This document shows positions 13,470 to 26,201 of a stretch of DNA of 64,000 nt, one piece after another (within the stretch, counting starts at the first letter, position 1; each line of letters starts with the position of its first letter). The position numbers and the translations under genes are program-made. The notes under the pieces are model-generated. The model ran no database searches. It saw only the letters and a list, made by a program, of their open reading frames with translations, and was not told the origin of the DNA. The stretch comes from Amoebidium appalachense (taxonomy: Eukaryota; Protista; Ichthyosporea): positions 3,419,106-3,483,105 of the forward strand of contig CAVNZM010000003.1 of the NCBI GenBank assembly GCA_963693365.1, read 5' to 3'.

Positions 13470-14017
13470 TATTGGTTCGATTCGTGCGAAAAGCCAGATT
13501 GCCAGATTGCCAGAATGCCAGAATTTTGATGGCATTCCAGAAAGGCTAGATTTCGGTCCGGTTCTTGTAGAGCTAAAATCTAGCTTTTTGGGTCAAGAAG
13601 GCACTTGCCATTTTGCGCGGTAATAGAATACCTTGGCTTATCTTAATGAACAATAATAGTTTTGAAATATTATTTAAATATTTTTTATTTTGTTAAATGG
13701 GCATTTATTACCAAGTTTTATGCATTTTTGAAAAGCTATACTAATAAGGCAAAACGCCTAGGATTGGATACGAACTTTATATGGTGCTGGCACGGCCAAT
13801 CGTAAGGCGCAGGGTCAATCTGGCAATCTGGAAAGGGGGGGGGGGGGGGGGTCGCCAGATTCTGGAATCTGGAAGAGGGGTCAAATTGAATCTGGCCTTA
13901 AAATTTTGTTTAAATTTTACGTTCCGATTCGATTGATCGACGAATAACCATTTTTGGCGAGGCGGCTTTTAATCTGGCAATCTGGCAATCTGGCTTTTCA
14001 CACGAATCGAACCATTA
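13470..14017. mobile_element. MITE-like element with ~45-bp terminal inverted repeats containing GCCAGATT subrepeats
   Basis: Left end tattggttcgattcgtgcgaaaagccagattgccagattgccaga; right end tctggcaatctggcaatctggcttttcacacgaatcgaaccatta. No clear TSD. Confidence 0.75.
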
Positions 14018-14979
14018 TCAAATCCGATGCTTCTCGATATGAATGATTCAATGATCCGGGCATATGTATGTACATGTACACCGCCTGGGCCACTTAACGG
14101 CCTGAGCTTAAAGTCTACAAATAAAAATTTACTGTAACAACCGTTGCTTTGTGATTGTGCTGCCTTGCCGTATCTGCTCTACCTACATAGCTATTGTAGG
14201 ATAATGTATTATGGATGCAATATTTCGAGTTTGATGATGTGAAGAAGCAAATATATGGCATGACGCTCAGTAGTTCTGAGAGGGTTCGTATCCAATTATA
14301 ATAGCGCAAATAGATTTGCAGGTTACCGGCTTTTTGAAACAGGCCGCAGGGCAGGCTGGGCAGCTCCGCAGACCGCAGGGCCTGAAGGCGTCTGTCTTTA
14401 GGCTCTTGTCTGATTTGTTGAAGTCTTGTTGAAGCTTTCATGTTCCAGCAGCTGGGGCGCTCAAGAGCATTACATGTACAAGTAGCCACTGATACAGCCG
14501 TTAAAATTTGTTGGATAGTACATGCATGTATGTATGTAAGGATAAAATCATGTGCAGGATTATGTGCAGTAATTAATTACCAAGGATCAGCTACCTAAAG
14601 AACAGAGGAAGAAAACGTTGCTCAAGTGTTCCTGCTCACATGAAAGACTCGGTTGTTCTGTTACCTGTTCAAAAGCCCGCCGAAAAATCGCCAATAGGTT
14701 CATTGCTGTATACACCCTTTCCAAAGATTACGTGTGTGCTGTTTTTGCAACGGTTCCCCTGCGCGATAGACCGGGTGTGCTTGTCTGTCTGTCCTTGGTG
14801 GTGGATATGTGTGCCCGCACATTTCCTGCGCGTGTACACTTCTGTGCAAGTTTGCCTGTGGGGCAGTGTCTGAAGGTGTACTATGGTTGTTTTGTGCTAT
14901 TATAACTACAAAATCAAACAAAGTCTACACACACTCTACAGACCTCGATAGGGCCTTAACAGCGCCAAGCACGTGAGAG

Positions 14980-15037
14980 ATGGGTATAAAGCTGGGCGTG
15001 GTGCACCTAGGCAGGGCCGCTGGAAAGGTAACCCTCC

Positions 15038-15068
<31 letters not shown>

Positions 15069-15746
15069 AAAAAAAAAAAACACAAAAATGCCCTCCCCTT
15101 CTAGCTCCGAAAGAAAGCACGTGCACTTATGCATGCACACAAACACACCACGTACATACACACATTCGTACACACACAAACACACACAGCACATACACAG
15201 ACATGCATGCTTCACAGCGCTTAGACACACACCCTCCCTCCCTCCCTCCCTCCCTCCCTCCCTCCCTCCCTCCTTCCCTCCCTCCCTCTCTCTCTCTCCT
15301 TCGTCCTCCCCCCCCCTCTCGCCCTTCTGCTTCCCGCCCCCTCTCTTGCTTTCCCTCTGGCTCCCCCCCCCCCCCCCCCCTCCCCTCCCCCTCTCTCTCT
15401 CCCTCTACCCCCCCCCCCCCAACTCCCCCTCCCCCCATACCTCCCCATCTCTCCCTCCCTCCCTCCCTCCCTCCCTCCCTCCCTCCCTGCCTCCCTTCCT
15501 TCCCCCCCCCCCCCCCCTCTCTTCCCCTCTCCCTCCCCCTCCTTCTCCCGCTATCTCTCCCTCTCTCTCCCTTCCACCCTCTCTCTCTCCCCCCCCCCCC
15601 CCTCCCTGCCTTTTCCTCTCCCTCTGGTCCCCCTCCCCCCCTGTCGCCCCTCCCTCCATCTCTCCTTGCCTTCCCTTTCTCTCTCTCGCCCTCCCTCCCT
15701 CCCTCCCTCCCTCCCTCCCTCCCTCCCACATACACACACACACACA

Positions 15747-15781
<35 letters not shown>

Positions 15782-15833
15782 CCCCCCCACCCCCCCTCCC
15801 CGCCCCCCCCCCTGACTTACATACACACACACA

Positions 15834-15866
<33 letters not shown>

Positions 15867-16938
15867 CCCCCCCCCCCCCCCCTCTCTCACTTTTCCCCTC
15901 CGTCTCTCCCCCCTCCCCCCTCCCTCCCTCCCTCCCCCCCAAGCTCCCTCCCTCCCTCCCTCCCTCCCTACCTCCTTCCCTCCCTCCCTCCCTCCCTCTC
16001 GCTTTCTCCCCCCCCCCCTCCCTCATGTCGCGGACAACTGAAAGCACAGCTCTCACATGGACACTTATGGCTGGGCACACATCTAAGTGCTCTTTCAATG
16101 TGTCCACGTCTCTCGCTCTCTCCGTGTGTGGGTATCGCAGCATGTGGTCAAAAGTGTGAGCTGGGTCGTCAGCGTGAAAGTGTGTGTATATGCCTGCATC
16201 GGTGTTTTTTTTTTTAAAAAAAGAAATGCAAAGAAAGTGCACAGGAACACAGACACGACCCCTCTGTTTACTTTCCCACTGACAAAGCCTGCTGCAAACT
16301 ATTATTTTCAATTTCTTTTTTTTTTTGGGGGCGAAGGAAGGGGCGGGGTGGGGATGGGGGCGGGGGCTTTTGCGTGCACGTACTATGTGGCTTTGTGTTG
16401 CATTTTTTTTGGCACATCACACGGACACGAGCACACACATGCTCCCACTTACAAGCACACACACACACACACGCGCGCGCACACACACATGCTCCCACTT
16501 ACAAGCACACACACACACGCGCGCGCGCACACACACACACACACGGGAGGGTGTACACATGCGAGCACGCACACACACAATGTGTGTGCACACGACCTTG
16601 ATATTAAAGTGACTGGTATCTTGATTTCGTTGTGCTTTGTTTGATGGTTTTTGTTGTTTGTTTTGTGGTTTTAATGAGACCACTTACCCGTCCTTTCCTT
16701 GTTTCCTTCTCCCCTGCCCCTCCTCCCACTCCCCCCCCGTGGAAAAAAATGAAGAGGGTAACTCAAAGCACCCACGGACTCCCCCTTCCCACTGCACACA
16801 CAGACATACGTGTGTATGCATGAACACATACACACACGCACGCACATGCACATGCACACACATGCACACACAAACACACACACATCAAACAAGCACACGC
16901 CCGCACAGACACACACGCACACAACACACACACACACA

Positions 16939-16991
<53 letters not shown>

Positions 16992-17405
16992 TCACACACA
17001 CACACACACACACACGCACACACACACAGCACAAGTTCATGATGTGCGATGCGGACGACGTTCCCTTTGTCCGTGAGCATTGCTTGAGAGCCGAAATTTC
17101 ATACGACCCAGACGGGGTGGGGGCTCATGTTTTCGCTACTGCACGTCCGATGGACAGGGGATGGGGGTTCTACAGATATTTTCACGAAATTCTATGGTGG
17201 GTGTCCCTTTTTGTCTATCATTGTAGATATGCCAAAAAAGGAAAGGCACGTGGGGATGGTTTGAACTTGTATTGTGGACCCTGGTTCCGCCGCAGGGCCC
17301 CTTAAGGACTGGACGGCCATTTTTAAAGTTAATATAAAAGTTAAAAAGTTATTCGTATATGTAACCAATGCTGTGGGCCCGAATCTAAGGTCTCGTTTTG
17401 GGACT

Positions 17406-17436
<31 letters not shown>

Positions 17437-17955
17437 TGGGGGGGGGGGGAGGGGGGGGGGGGAGAAAGCCTGATAAACGTACGTATTTTAGAAAGCTCAT
17501 TTGAGAGTATGTCGATCTCTTGCAAATGCCCGTCTGTTGTAATGCACTGGATAATTTTTAATCACCCATTTTTTTTGGTCGCTCTATTTGAAATCGCTAG
17601 TTAGCCCAGGCAAACCAGATACTGATAATGGACCAACTTGACCAGAAATCAAATCAACGAGGAATGAAGAACACACACAGGCACACACACACACCCGCAC
17701 GCGCGCGCACACACACACGCGCGCACGCACGCACACACACACACACACATGTGTGCCACACACGCGCACACGCACACACACACACGCACACACACACACA
17801 TGTGTGTGCGCTACAAACACACAAGCACGCACGCACACACACATGCGCGCGCACCCACACACCCACCCACACACACACACACAGAGAGAGAGAGAAAGAG
17901 AGAGTTTGAGAATGATACACACACAGACACACGCACACACAAGCACCTACACACA

Positions 17956-18008
<53 letters not shown>

Positions 18009-18011
18009 CAC

Positions 18012-18043
<32 letters not shown>

Positions 18044-18463
18044 GCACACACACACCACCTGTCCAGCGATCGACACCACCCGGCCTGATCTTTTTTTAAT
18101 ATTTAATCTTTTTAATTTACCAATCAGGGAGCACCACCGTGGCAGCATACCAGAGGGTACCCACATAGCTCACAAAAACGGTCTGACCATGGGTAGGTGT
18201 CCCTCCCCCCTCCCCCCCCAACAGTATCTGAGTTGTGTTTCGTTAACGAGGTGAATAGGTCGAAACTCGGGTTCTGTGGATGACGTGGGCCCCCCCTGAG
18301 GATGGGCTCTGCTTATTATGCATACCCTTTATGTATGGCTTGCATTCTGCATCGTGTTATCCGTTTGTTCTTGTGTACTTCGTACTTTTTGACGCATTCA
18401 AACCTCCCCCCCCCCCCCCCCCCCGGTTTGTGAATGGGTGCTTCGTACTTCATGGTGCATTCG

Positions 18464-18496
<33 letters not shown>

Positions 18497-19604
18497 TTTC
18501 TCCCTTTCCCTCCCTCTCCTCATGTGGGGTTTGATTACTTGTTTACCTTCCCTTTGTTCGGTTTCCTGATCAAGTCACTGTGTTCCCGTCTGTTACGTTC
18601 TTTTTTTTTTGTTGTTGTTTTTCCTTTCCTTCTTGGTGGTGGTGGTGGTGGTGGTGGTGGTGGTGGCAAGGTGTGTGTGTGTTTAAGGTTGGGGGGATGG
18701 GGGGGGGGGGGGGGGGGGGGGGGGGGTTGTTAGAAAGAGAGAGGGGAGTAAGGAAGGTAAGAAGGAAGAAAGGAGGGGGGAGGGGGGGGGTTTAAGGAAA
18801 CTTGGTGGGGAGGATCTGGCTGATGTTCACAGCAATGCAAATAATCCCCCCCCCCCCTCCCCCCCCCCACCCGTCCCGATGCAGCTGCCACTCGCTTTCG
18901 TTATTTAAGATAAAAACCACTCACCTTCTTCATTTGGCAGACAAAACCACCACTGACCTTCTATATTTGGCACGTTTCCAGTATCCACCTTTTATATTTG
19001 GCAGTTAAACCACAACTCACCTTGCATATTTGGGCAGATAAAAGCACCACTTACCTGTCATATTTGGCAGAAAAAACCACCACTCACCTTTCATATTTGG
19101 GCAGATAAAACCACTTTTCACCTTCCATATAAACCATTACACACCTTCCATATTTAGCAGATGAAACCACCACCCACCTTCCATATATGGCAGATGAAAC
19201 CACCACTCACCTTCCATACATGGCAGATAAAACCACCACTCACCTTCCATATATGGCAGATATAACCACCACTCACCTTCCATACATGGCAGATAAAACC
19301 ACCACTCACCTTCCATATATGGCAGATATAACCACCACTCACCTTCCATATATGGCAGATATAACCACCACTCACCTTCCATCATGTGGCAGATATAACC
19401 ACCACTCACCTTCCATATATGGCAGATAACCGCTTGGATAATCTCGTTGCTGTGGATGGGCTTAGGGAGGAGGGGTCGGAGCCATCAGGGGAAGAAGGGC
19501 ACGAGAGGGAGGAGGTGAGTTGGGATTTTTCCGCCCGTTCTTTTCCTTTTTTTTTATTAATTTAATGGGTGTGCTTGCACCTGTACACACGCAAGGACAC
19601 TACA

Positions 19605-19638
<34 letters not shown>

Positions 19639-19766
19639 CCCCTCCCCTTCCCCTCGCCCATTTCCCCTCTTCCCAGCACACACACATTTAGTACATTTTC
19701 CACACGCATTTGATTTTGATGATCTTGATTTGACAAGCTACTTATCAGGAACGGGACACACGCGCG

Positions 19767-19836
<70 letters not shown>

Positions 19837-19905
19837 GTTCGACTATACCAAGCAGCACTTGAAAAGGTTCCATGCCTTCCTGAGCTCGAATCCTTGGGTA
19901 CGTTT

Positions 19906-19964
<59 letters not shown>

Positions 19965-20200
19965 TTCGCCCCCTCCCCCCCCTGGGGAAAAAAAGGAAAA
20001 AAAAAAATTAAACCCCCATCACCGAGCCCCATCCCTCCCCACCACCACAACCTGAACCCACCCTATACACACACACTCATCCTACCCAAATCCCCTTCCC
20101 ATCCCACACTCTAACACACTAATACCTTGGCTTTGCAATGTTTGTTTTCCAGGTCGTGATATGTGTGTATGTGTTTGTGGTTGTCTGTTGCCCCCCTGGT

Positions 20201-20231
<31 letters not shown>

Positions 20232-20436
20232 GGGGGGAGGGGGAGGAGGGGGGGAGAGACCCTTAACCCATTAGCTACGGATTTCTGGTTGTGTATTTTT
20301 TTCTGTGAAACTGGGGGGCACGGTTGTCAGAGATCTGCGGAGTCATATGCTTTTGGGCGCACGCTGGTGGGAAAATGTGTGGCATGTCTCTAAATACTTG
20401 ATATAACGTGGAGTGGATATACCGAGACATCCCCCC

Positions 20437-20467
<31 letters not shown>

Positions 20468-20937
20468 AAAAAAAAAAAAGAAAAGAAAGAAAGAAAGAAT
20501 GAATGAATGAATGAATGAATGAATGAATGAAAGGAAAAGAAAAGAAAAAAATGCCTGACACTGGTCTCTACGTGCCTCGAGTAAAGAGTGTAAACCCCTC
20601 GATATTATCCCCTTCCTCGTCCTTTTTCATCTTTTCGTTTGACCAACGTCATCAATGCATAAAGACAAGACTGAAAGGGAAAGAAAGACAGGACACGTTT
20701 ATGGCAAACGTTGCAGTGTCTGGGACGGGAGATTTGTCGGAATACAAGATGATCAAAACAAATGAAGTACAAAAAAAAAAAAAAAAAAAGGGGGGGGGGG
20801 GGGTTGGTTAGGAGGGGGGCCTTCTAATCTTGATCCCTCTGTACCCTCCCCCCCCCCCCCCCCCCCCCCCAAATCTCCCCTCCTCCCCCACCTCCTTCTA
20901 ATTATTGATCGGTTCATGTTTTCCAGCTTTCCAACAT

Positions 20938-20981
<44 letters not shown>

Positions 20982-22540
20982 CCGCCGCACACACTCACAC
21001 ACACAGCCAATGAGGACCTTACGGACTGTGCCAGTGATGACGTGTGCCCCAACGGCAGTGACGTCACAGAGGCCAGTGCTGATTGGTTCTTTGAGTGCCA
21101 CAACCTCCCCTGCAACAGGTGTTACATCCCCCCCCTTGCCCCCCTGCCCTCCTCCTCACCTCCCCCCCTCCCCCCCTGCCCCTCCCCCTCCCCCTCCTCC
21201 TCCCCTCCCCCCTTCCCCCCCGGAGGATGGGCTCACTGCTTGTGATGCATAACAACTGGGTGTGTTGGACTCGGCATTGTGTTGTCCGCCATGAATCTGT
21301 GCTTGGTGTTCTAGAACGCATTCTCATCCCCCCCCCCCCCCCCCCCCCATCTCCCCCTTTTCCCTCTATCTCTCTCTCCCTCGTCTCTCTCTACCTCCCT
21401 CTCTCCCTGGGGGAGGCATGTGTGGAATGGTCCGGGGAGCGGGGAGGGAGGAGGGGGAGGAGGGAGGGGGGTTGGTTTTGTCTCACCACGCGGGAATCGT
21501 TGTCTGTGGAACTGTTTGGTGGTATTAGGCCAGGAAGAGGAAGAAGGTTTGTGGAAAAGGGTGCGTTGCTTGTGTGAATGTGTGTGGGGTGTTTTTTTTT
21601 TTGTTTTGTTTTGTTTTGGGGGGGGGGGGGGGGGGGGGGAGAGGGGGGAGAGGGGGGGGGAGGGGGGGAGTGGAGGAGGTTGTAAAGGACGAGATAAATT
21701 TTGAGTCTTAATGGAAACGTTTGCAGGTTGGAGTGGAGACGGCAGGGGTTTGTTCCATGCACGCGGTGTCGACGAAAATGGTACTGCACGCCAAGGTGTA
21801 GGACGGTATGTTATGGTTGCCCCCCCCCCCCCCCCCCCCCCCCCCCTCCCCCCCCCCCCCAAAAAAAAGAAAAAAAAAAAGGAGAATCCTCACCCCACCA
21901 CCCCCACCCTCCACCCCACCCCCACCCCGCACCGACTAACCTGTGTGTGCTTTGCAATCTCCCTTGCATTGGTGGCCGCTGAAGATAACCCGCATGAGAA
22001 CCGCCAACGGCATAATCACTCTTACCCTCGTGAACACAGGTAGCGACACACACACACGCCCACGCACGCACGCACACAAACACACACCTGCACACACACA
22101 TACAACTCAAGCACACACGCGCGGGCACACACACCCCATCCTACTCTTGCGCTTCTGCCGTTTGTGTGTGTGCGTTGAACATGTGTGCATATCACCGACC
22201 AACACTTCTACATACATAGCCACTACTGCTCGCTTATTAGAGCTCATTACGGCTCATCCTATGGTCATGACTGCTAATTACTTCTCATTATATACCACTC
22301 TACTGCTCACATTTCTGCTGTTTTTTTTCATTCTTACCGCCCATGCTCGTTAGTTGTTACCGCTTTTTACCCCTCGTTATTACTCATTACGTCTCATTAC
22401 TGCTCGTTATATACCACCCGTTACGGCTTATCATCAATCACTAGCACCCGTGTTCCCCACCACAGCAAGATTGGAGGTTGCACAAACGACACTGTCAGCG
22501 CCAAATAAGGCAATCCCGCACCCTGCGCCCTGGCCGGTGA
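14980..22540 (+). CDS. ZMYND19: Zinc finger MYND domain-containing protein 19 homologue (HNH-like domain plus C-terminal MYND finger), 232 aa
   Basis: Exons 14980-15027, 17030-17196, 18128-18192, 19426-19514, 19834-19897, 21007-21118, 21727-21805 and 22466-22540; all GT-AG and phase-consistent, 699 nt total. Protein [30 protein letters not shown]...[11 protein letters not shown]...[14 protein letters not shown]...HKNGLTMDNRLDNL...LYQAAL...FFECHNLPC...[26 protein letters not shown] follows the animal ZMYND19 sequence as I recall it (KLGIVRLGRVAGK...HELLWERHRGG...VDNRLDNL...YYECHYPPC...QKDWPAHKKHC). Confidence 0.92.
18908..19425 (+). repeat. 33-bp minisatellite (~15 copies) ending at the ZMYND19 exon-4 splice acceptor
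   Basis: Unit ataaaaccaccactcaccttccatatatggcag, degenerate on the left and near-perfect on the right. Confidence 0.95.
20497..20708. repeat. Dispersed ~215-bp intronic repeat, copy 2
   Basis: Near-identical to 11365-11580; lies in ZMYND19 intron 5. Confidence 0.85.
22220..22435 (+). repeat. Degenerate ~10-bp tandem repeat (ttactgctca-like) upstream of the last ZMYND19 acceptor
   Basis: Recurrent ctactgctcg, ttacggctca, tgactgctaa, ttacttctca, ctactgctca, ttactgctcg. Confidence 0.6.
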
Positions 22541-22687
22541 GCCGCCACACACCTACCAAATATGGCAGGTGGACAATCCATGCGTGTGAGTGACTTCTAG
22601 CCAATCTTCAATGGCGTAGAGGGAAGGGACCGGGGGAGGGGAGGGTGGGGGACTGGCAGGCCGGCAAAAAACTGCATCTTCAGATCT

Positions 22688-22764
<77 letters not shown>

Positions 22765-23330
22765 CCAAATTTATGATATATGAAATGCAATGGATGAATG
22801 TCGATCTGTAGCTACGAAAACGTGTGTGAATTCGTACATCAATATCTCCCTCCCTTCGTCCCTCCCTTCCTCGGTCCTCCCTCCCTCCCTCCCTCCCTCC
22901 CTCCCTCCCTCACTTTCCCTCTCTCTTTCTTCCCCCCCCCCCCCCCCCCCCCCCCCCCCCGAGTCCCCCCCCCCCCCCCCCCGAGTCCCCCCTCCCCCCC
23001 CCTCGCATTATTATGTTTCATGGAAGTCTGAATGTGCAGTGCCGAATGTGTCAGTGTGTCAAACAAAAGCAAGAAGATACCGTTGTAATTGATATTAACG
23101 TAGGAAGGCTTTCATGATTTTGTAAATGTTGCTATGTATCAAATAAAAAACTGTGCTGAAACTTTTTAAAATTTAAAAATTAAAATGGCAAGTTATAGAT
23201 AAATTACCGGTACTAGCAGAATTGTTCAGTTTCAGGCGGGTGGGAAAAACCTGCCGGGTTTCTGCCCCCCCCCTCCCCCCCCCCCCCCCAAAAAAAAAAA
23301 AAAAAAAACTGTACTGAAAAATAACTTCGA

Positions 23331-23375
<45 letters not shown>

Positions 23376-23699
23376 CTCACTCTCTCCCTTCCTCCCTTCC
23401 TCCCTCCCTCCCGATCGTGGGAGCGGGAAAAAAGCACTCATTACCTTTCCCCTGTCGTGATGTGGGCCAACATGATCTCCTGCATACTGGATTCTTGCTG
23501 CCTATCATGGTGAATTCACACCAAACATTAGTTCAACGGTGACATTTTGTTGGGAACTCCCATGGATATATACTGTGACTGGGTGTGTTCACGTCCAAGC
23601 AATTGCCATGGGCTGACCGCTGGGACCGGGACAGGCCAGGGCGCTGTCTCTGAATAACGTGGCATATACACTTGCAATCACGAGAAGCGATGCTTATGT

Positions 23700-23730
<31 letters not shown>

Positions 23731-24272
23731 TTTTTTTTTATTTTTTATTATTATTATTATTTTTTTTTTTTTTGGAACATGTCGGTATATGTATGTCAGT
23801 GTCGATGTCGCGTGTCGCGCTAGCGGGGCGAGGGGATTTTCAAAATTCAAATTGCCAAACTTGGTAAAACAGCAATACGTGCACCAATAGGAAGGGCCAT
23901 CTAGGCCACTGGAATGTAAACAAACCAGATCGACGCGGCGTCGTGCACACCGGGTGAGTCACTGAGCCCACAGATCCTACATCACTCTCTCTGCACAGGC
24001 ATAGAAAACGAAGTCTGTGCAAACCGTGAAAAGTTGAGGGCTTTCTCATTCATGCTCACACGAATGGGCCGGCAGGGTGTCAAGCGCACAAGCTATGATT
24101 TATGGGCGTTTTATCATCTTTTTGACACCTTCACACACATGTACAGGCCAGCTCTGTCGCAGGCCCTCCTTTTTGCCGCACGACAGGTATCATAGGGGCA
24201 AAACATGAAATCCATCGCGTGCCTCCCTTTATCCTGCACAAGCCCGGGACACGCACGCGACCTCTCAGAGGG

Positions 24273-24279
24273 TATAAAA
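24273..24279 (+). promoter_or_regulatory. TATA box of the Gly/Pro-rich gene
   Basis: tataaaa ~140 nt upstream of the ATG at 24412, which has a ccaccATGG context. Confidence 0.55.
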
Positions 24280-24411
24280 CCCCGCTGTTTTTCCCTCAAC
24301 AGACAGCCCGATTCCCTCTTTCACTCCCTTCCGTAACCTAACGGTTCCTGCCGTCCAAAACCCTTCATTTGACGGTCTTTTCAACCACTCGCCACCACCA
24401 CCACCACCACC

Positions 24412-24879
24412 ATGGCGCGGCCTACTCGTCTCTTTGTGGTTTTTGCGGCGGTGCTTTTGCTCTGCTCAGGGCTTGCCAGCGCCTACAGTAAGAAAGGGGG
24501 GTGCCCGGCCGGCCGGAGTGACCTATGGGCAACGTGAGTGAACCCCCCCCCCCCCCCCCCCCCCCCCTTTTTTTTTTTTTTTTTTTGGGGGGGGGGGGTG
24601 CCTCGTTTGAACCAGAACATGTCTCGTTTTATTTTATTTTTTATTTTTTTCTTTTTTTCAATGACCTATTCTTCCTCTTCTCAGTGCTGTGCTTGAAAAA
24701 AAAACAAATAATTGCTTGCACAACAACAATAAAAACCCAAATTGGTGTTTTAAATTAAAATTTCATGCTTGCTTCTCGTTCTTTTATTCTCAGCTTTGCA
24801 ATTTTGGTTCGAGCCTATTTTCTTACAATCCATCTCCACATGTCACAAACCAACGAATCCCCCCACAACCCGAATAATA

Positions 24880-24913
<34 letters not shown>

Positions 24914-25994
24914 CCACCTCTCTGATCACATGTTGGATAGCTCATATGCACACACCATTATCCTCGCACATATTCTTGTAAGCCACAACTCATCACTTAT
25001 TGTTTTCCTTTGCTCGTAATTAATTACCCCTGAATACGTTATGTGCTAATAATTTTGACTTCTCGCAAACTGTGCTAACGATTTCTGTTGAACCAATAAT
25101 TTTGTTTTCTCGCCAACAGTGCTAACAATTTCTGTTTCTCGCAAACACACAGCCACCATCATTGGCCGCACGTACAGCGTCTCCTATGGCCAGCCCTACA
25201 CAAAGGGCGGACAGCCCTACGCCTCCAATCCCAGCCTTCCCCCCGGTGTCGTCATCCAGGGGGGTTCCTTCGTCAACAGCCCCAGCATCCCCCCAGTTTC
25301 GGTACAGGGGGGGAAATTTCATCAACACACCTAGCGGGTTTTCAGGGGGTTCTTGGGGGGGTCCATCTGCTGCGGGCGGCGGCAAGAATTACGGTGGCCA
25401 GAGTTTCCCGATGGGTGGTCAGAATTACCCACTTGGGGGTTCTAACCCCTCTCTTGGGGGTGGAAATTACCCACTTGGTGGCAATCCCGGAGTACCCTAC
25501 GGCATGGGCTCTCAGCCTTGGGTACGTGCTCCCCCCCTTTCCCCCCCCCCTCCAAAAAACACACACACACACGTGTTTTGTGCATGCACAGTCTATTCAT
25601 TTTTGATAGATAGTGCTCTTTCTGTGCATCACGTATCTACTTCCCGAGGCCTCAGTTGTTGAGCACTAAAGGCTTTCTTTTACGGTCAATCTGAGATACA
25701 GCTATCACCATATGTTCTGAAGCACCGTCCCTAAATAGTCTACACATGGTACATGTGGATTCTTTCCCAGCTCTGATTTTTGCTAGGGTCATTGCCTTTT
25801 GTTCCTGATACATTTCGAGTCTACGAACCTCTAAATGATTCGCACTGTCTACACATGGTACATGTGGATTCTTTCCCAGCTCTGATTTTTGCTAGGGTCA
25901 TTGCCTTTTGTTCCTGATACATTTCGAGTCTACGAACCTCTAAATGATTCGCATTGCCTCCCCCTTCGCACTAACTCTTTGCCTCCCCCCCCCC

Positions 25995-26025
<31 letters not shown>

Positions 26026-26161
26026 ACATGTACCCCAGCCCTCCCCCCCCTCCCCCCCCTCCCCCCGCCCCACACACACACTCACACATGCACCCCAGCC
26101 CCCCTCCCCCCCCCCCACACACACACACGCACACTCACACCTCACACATGTACCCCAGCCG

Positions 26162-26201
<40 letters not shown>

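Noticed and set aside
18908-19425. Possible CRISPR array or [11 protein letters not shown] repeat protein
   Set aside because: Head-to-tail units have no unique spacers, the context is a eukaryotic intron, and there are no cas genes.
20620-20672. Hammerhead ribozyme or SECIS in the dispersed repeat (minus strand ttgatga-cgttggtcaaac-gaaa)
   Set aside because: The core lacks the conserved C3, no convincing stem I/III arrangement can be built, and the spacing is too short for a SECIS. An Infernal search would be needed.
23450-23700. Complex sequence that might be an exon or transposon fragment
   Set aside because: All frames are short or lack recognisable motifs, and there is no splice partner.
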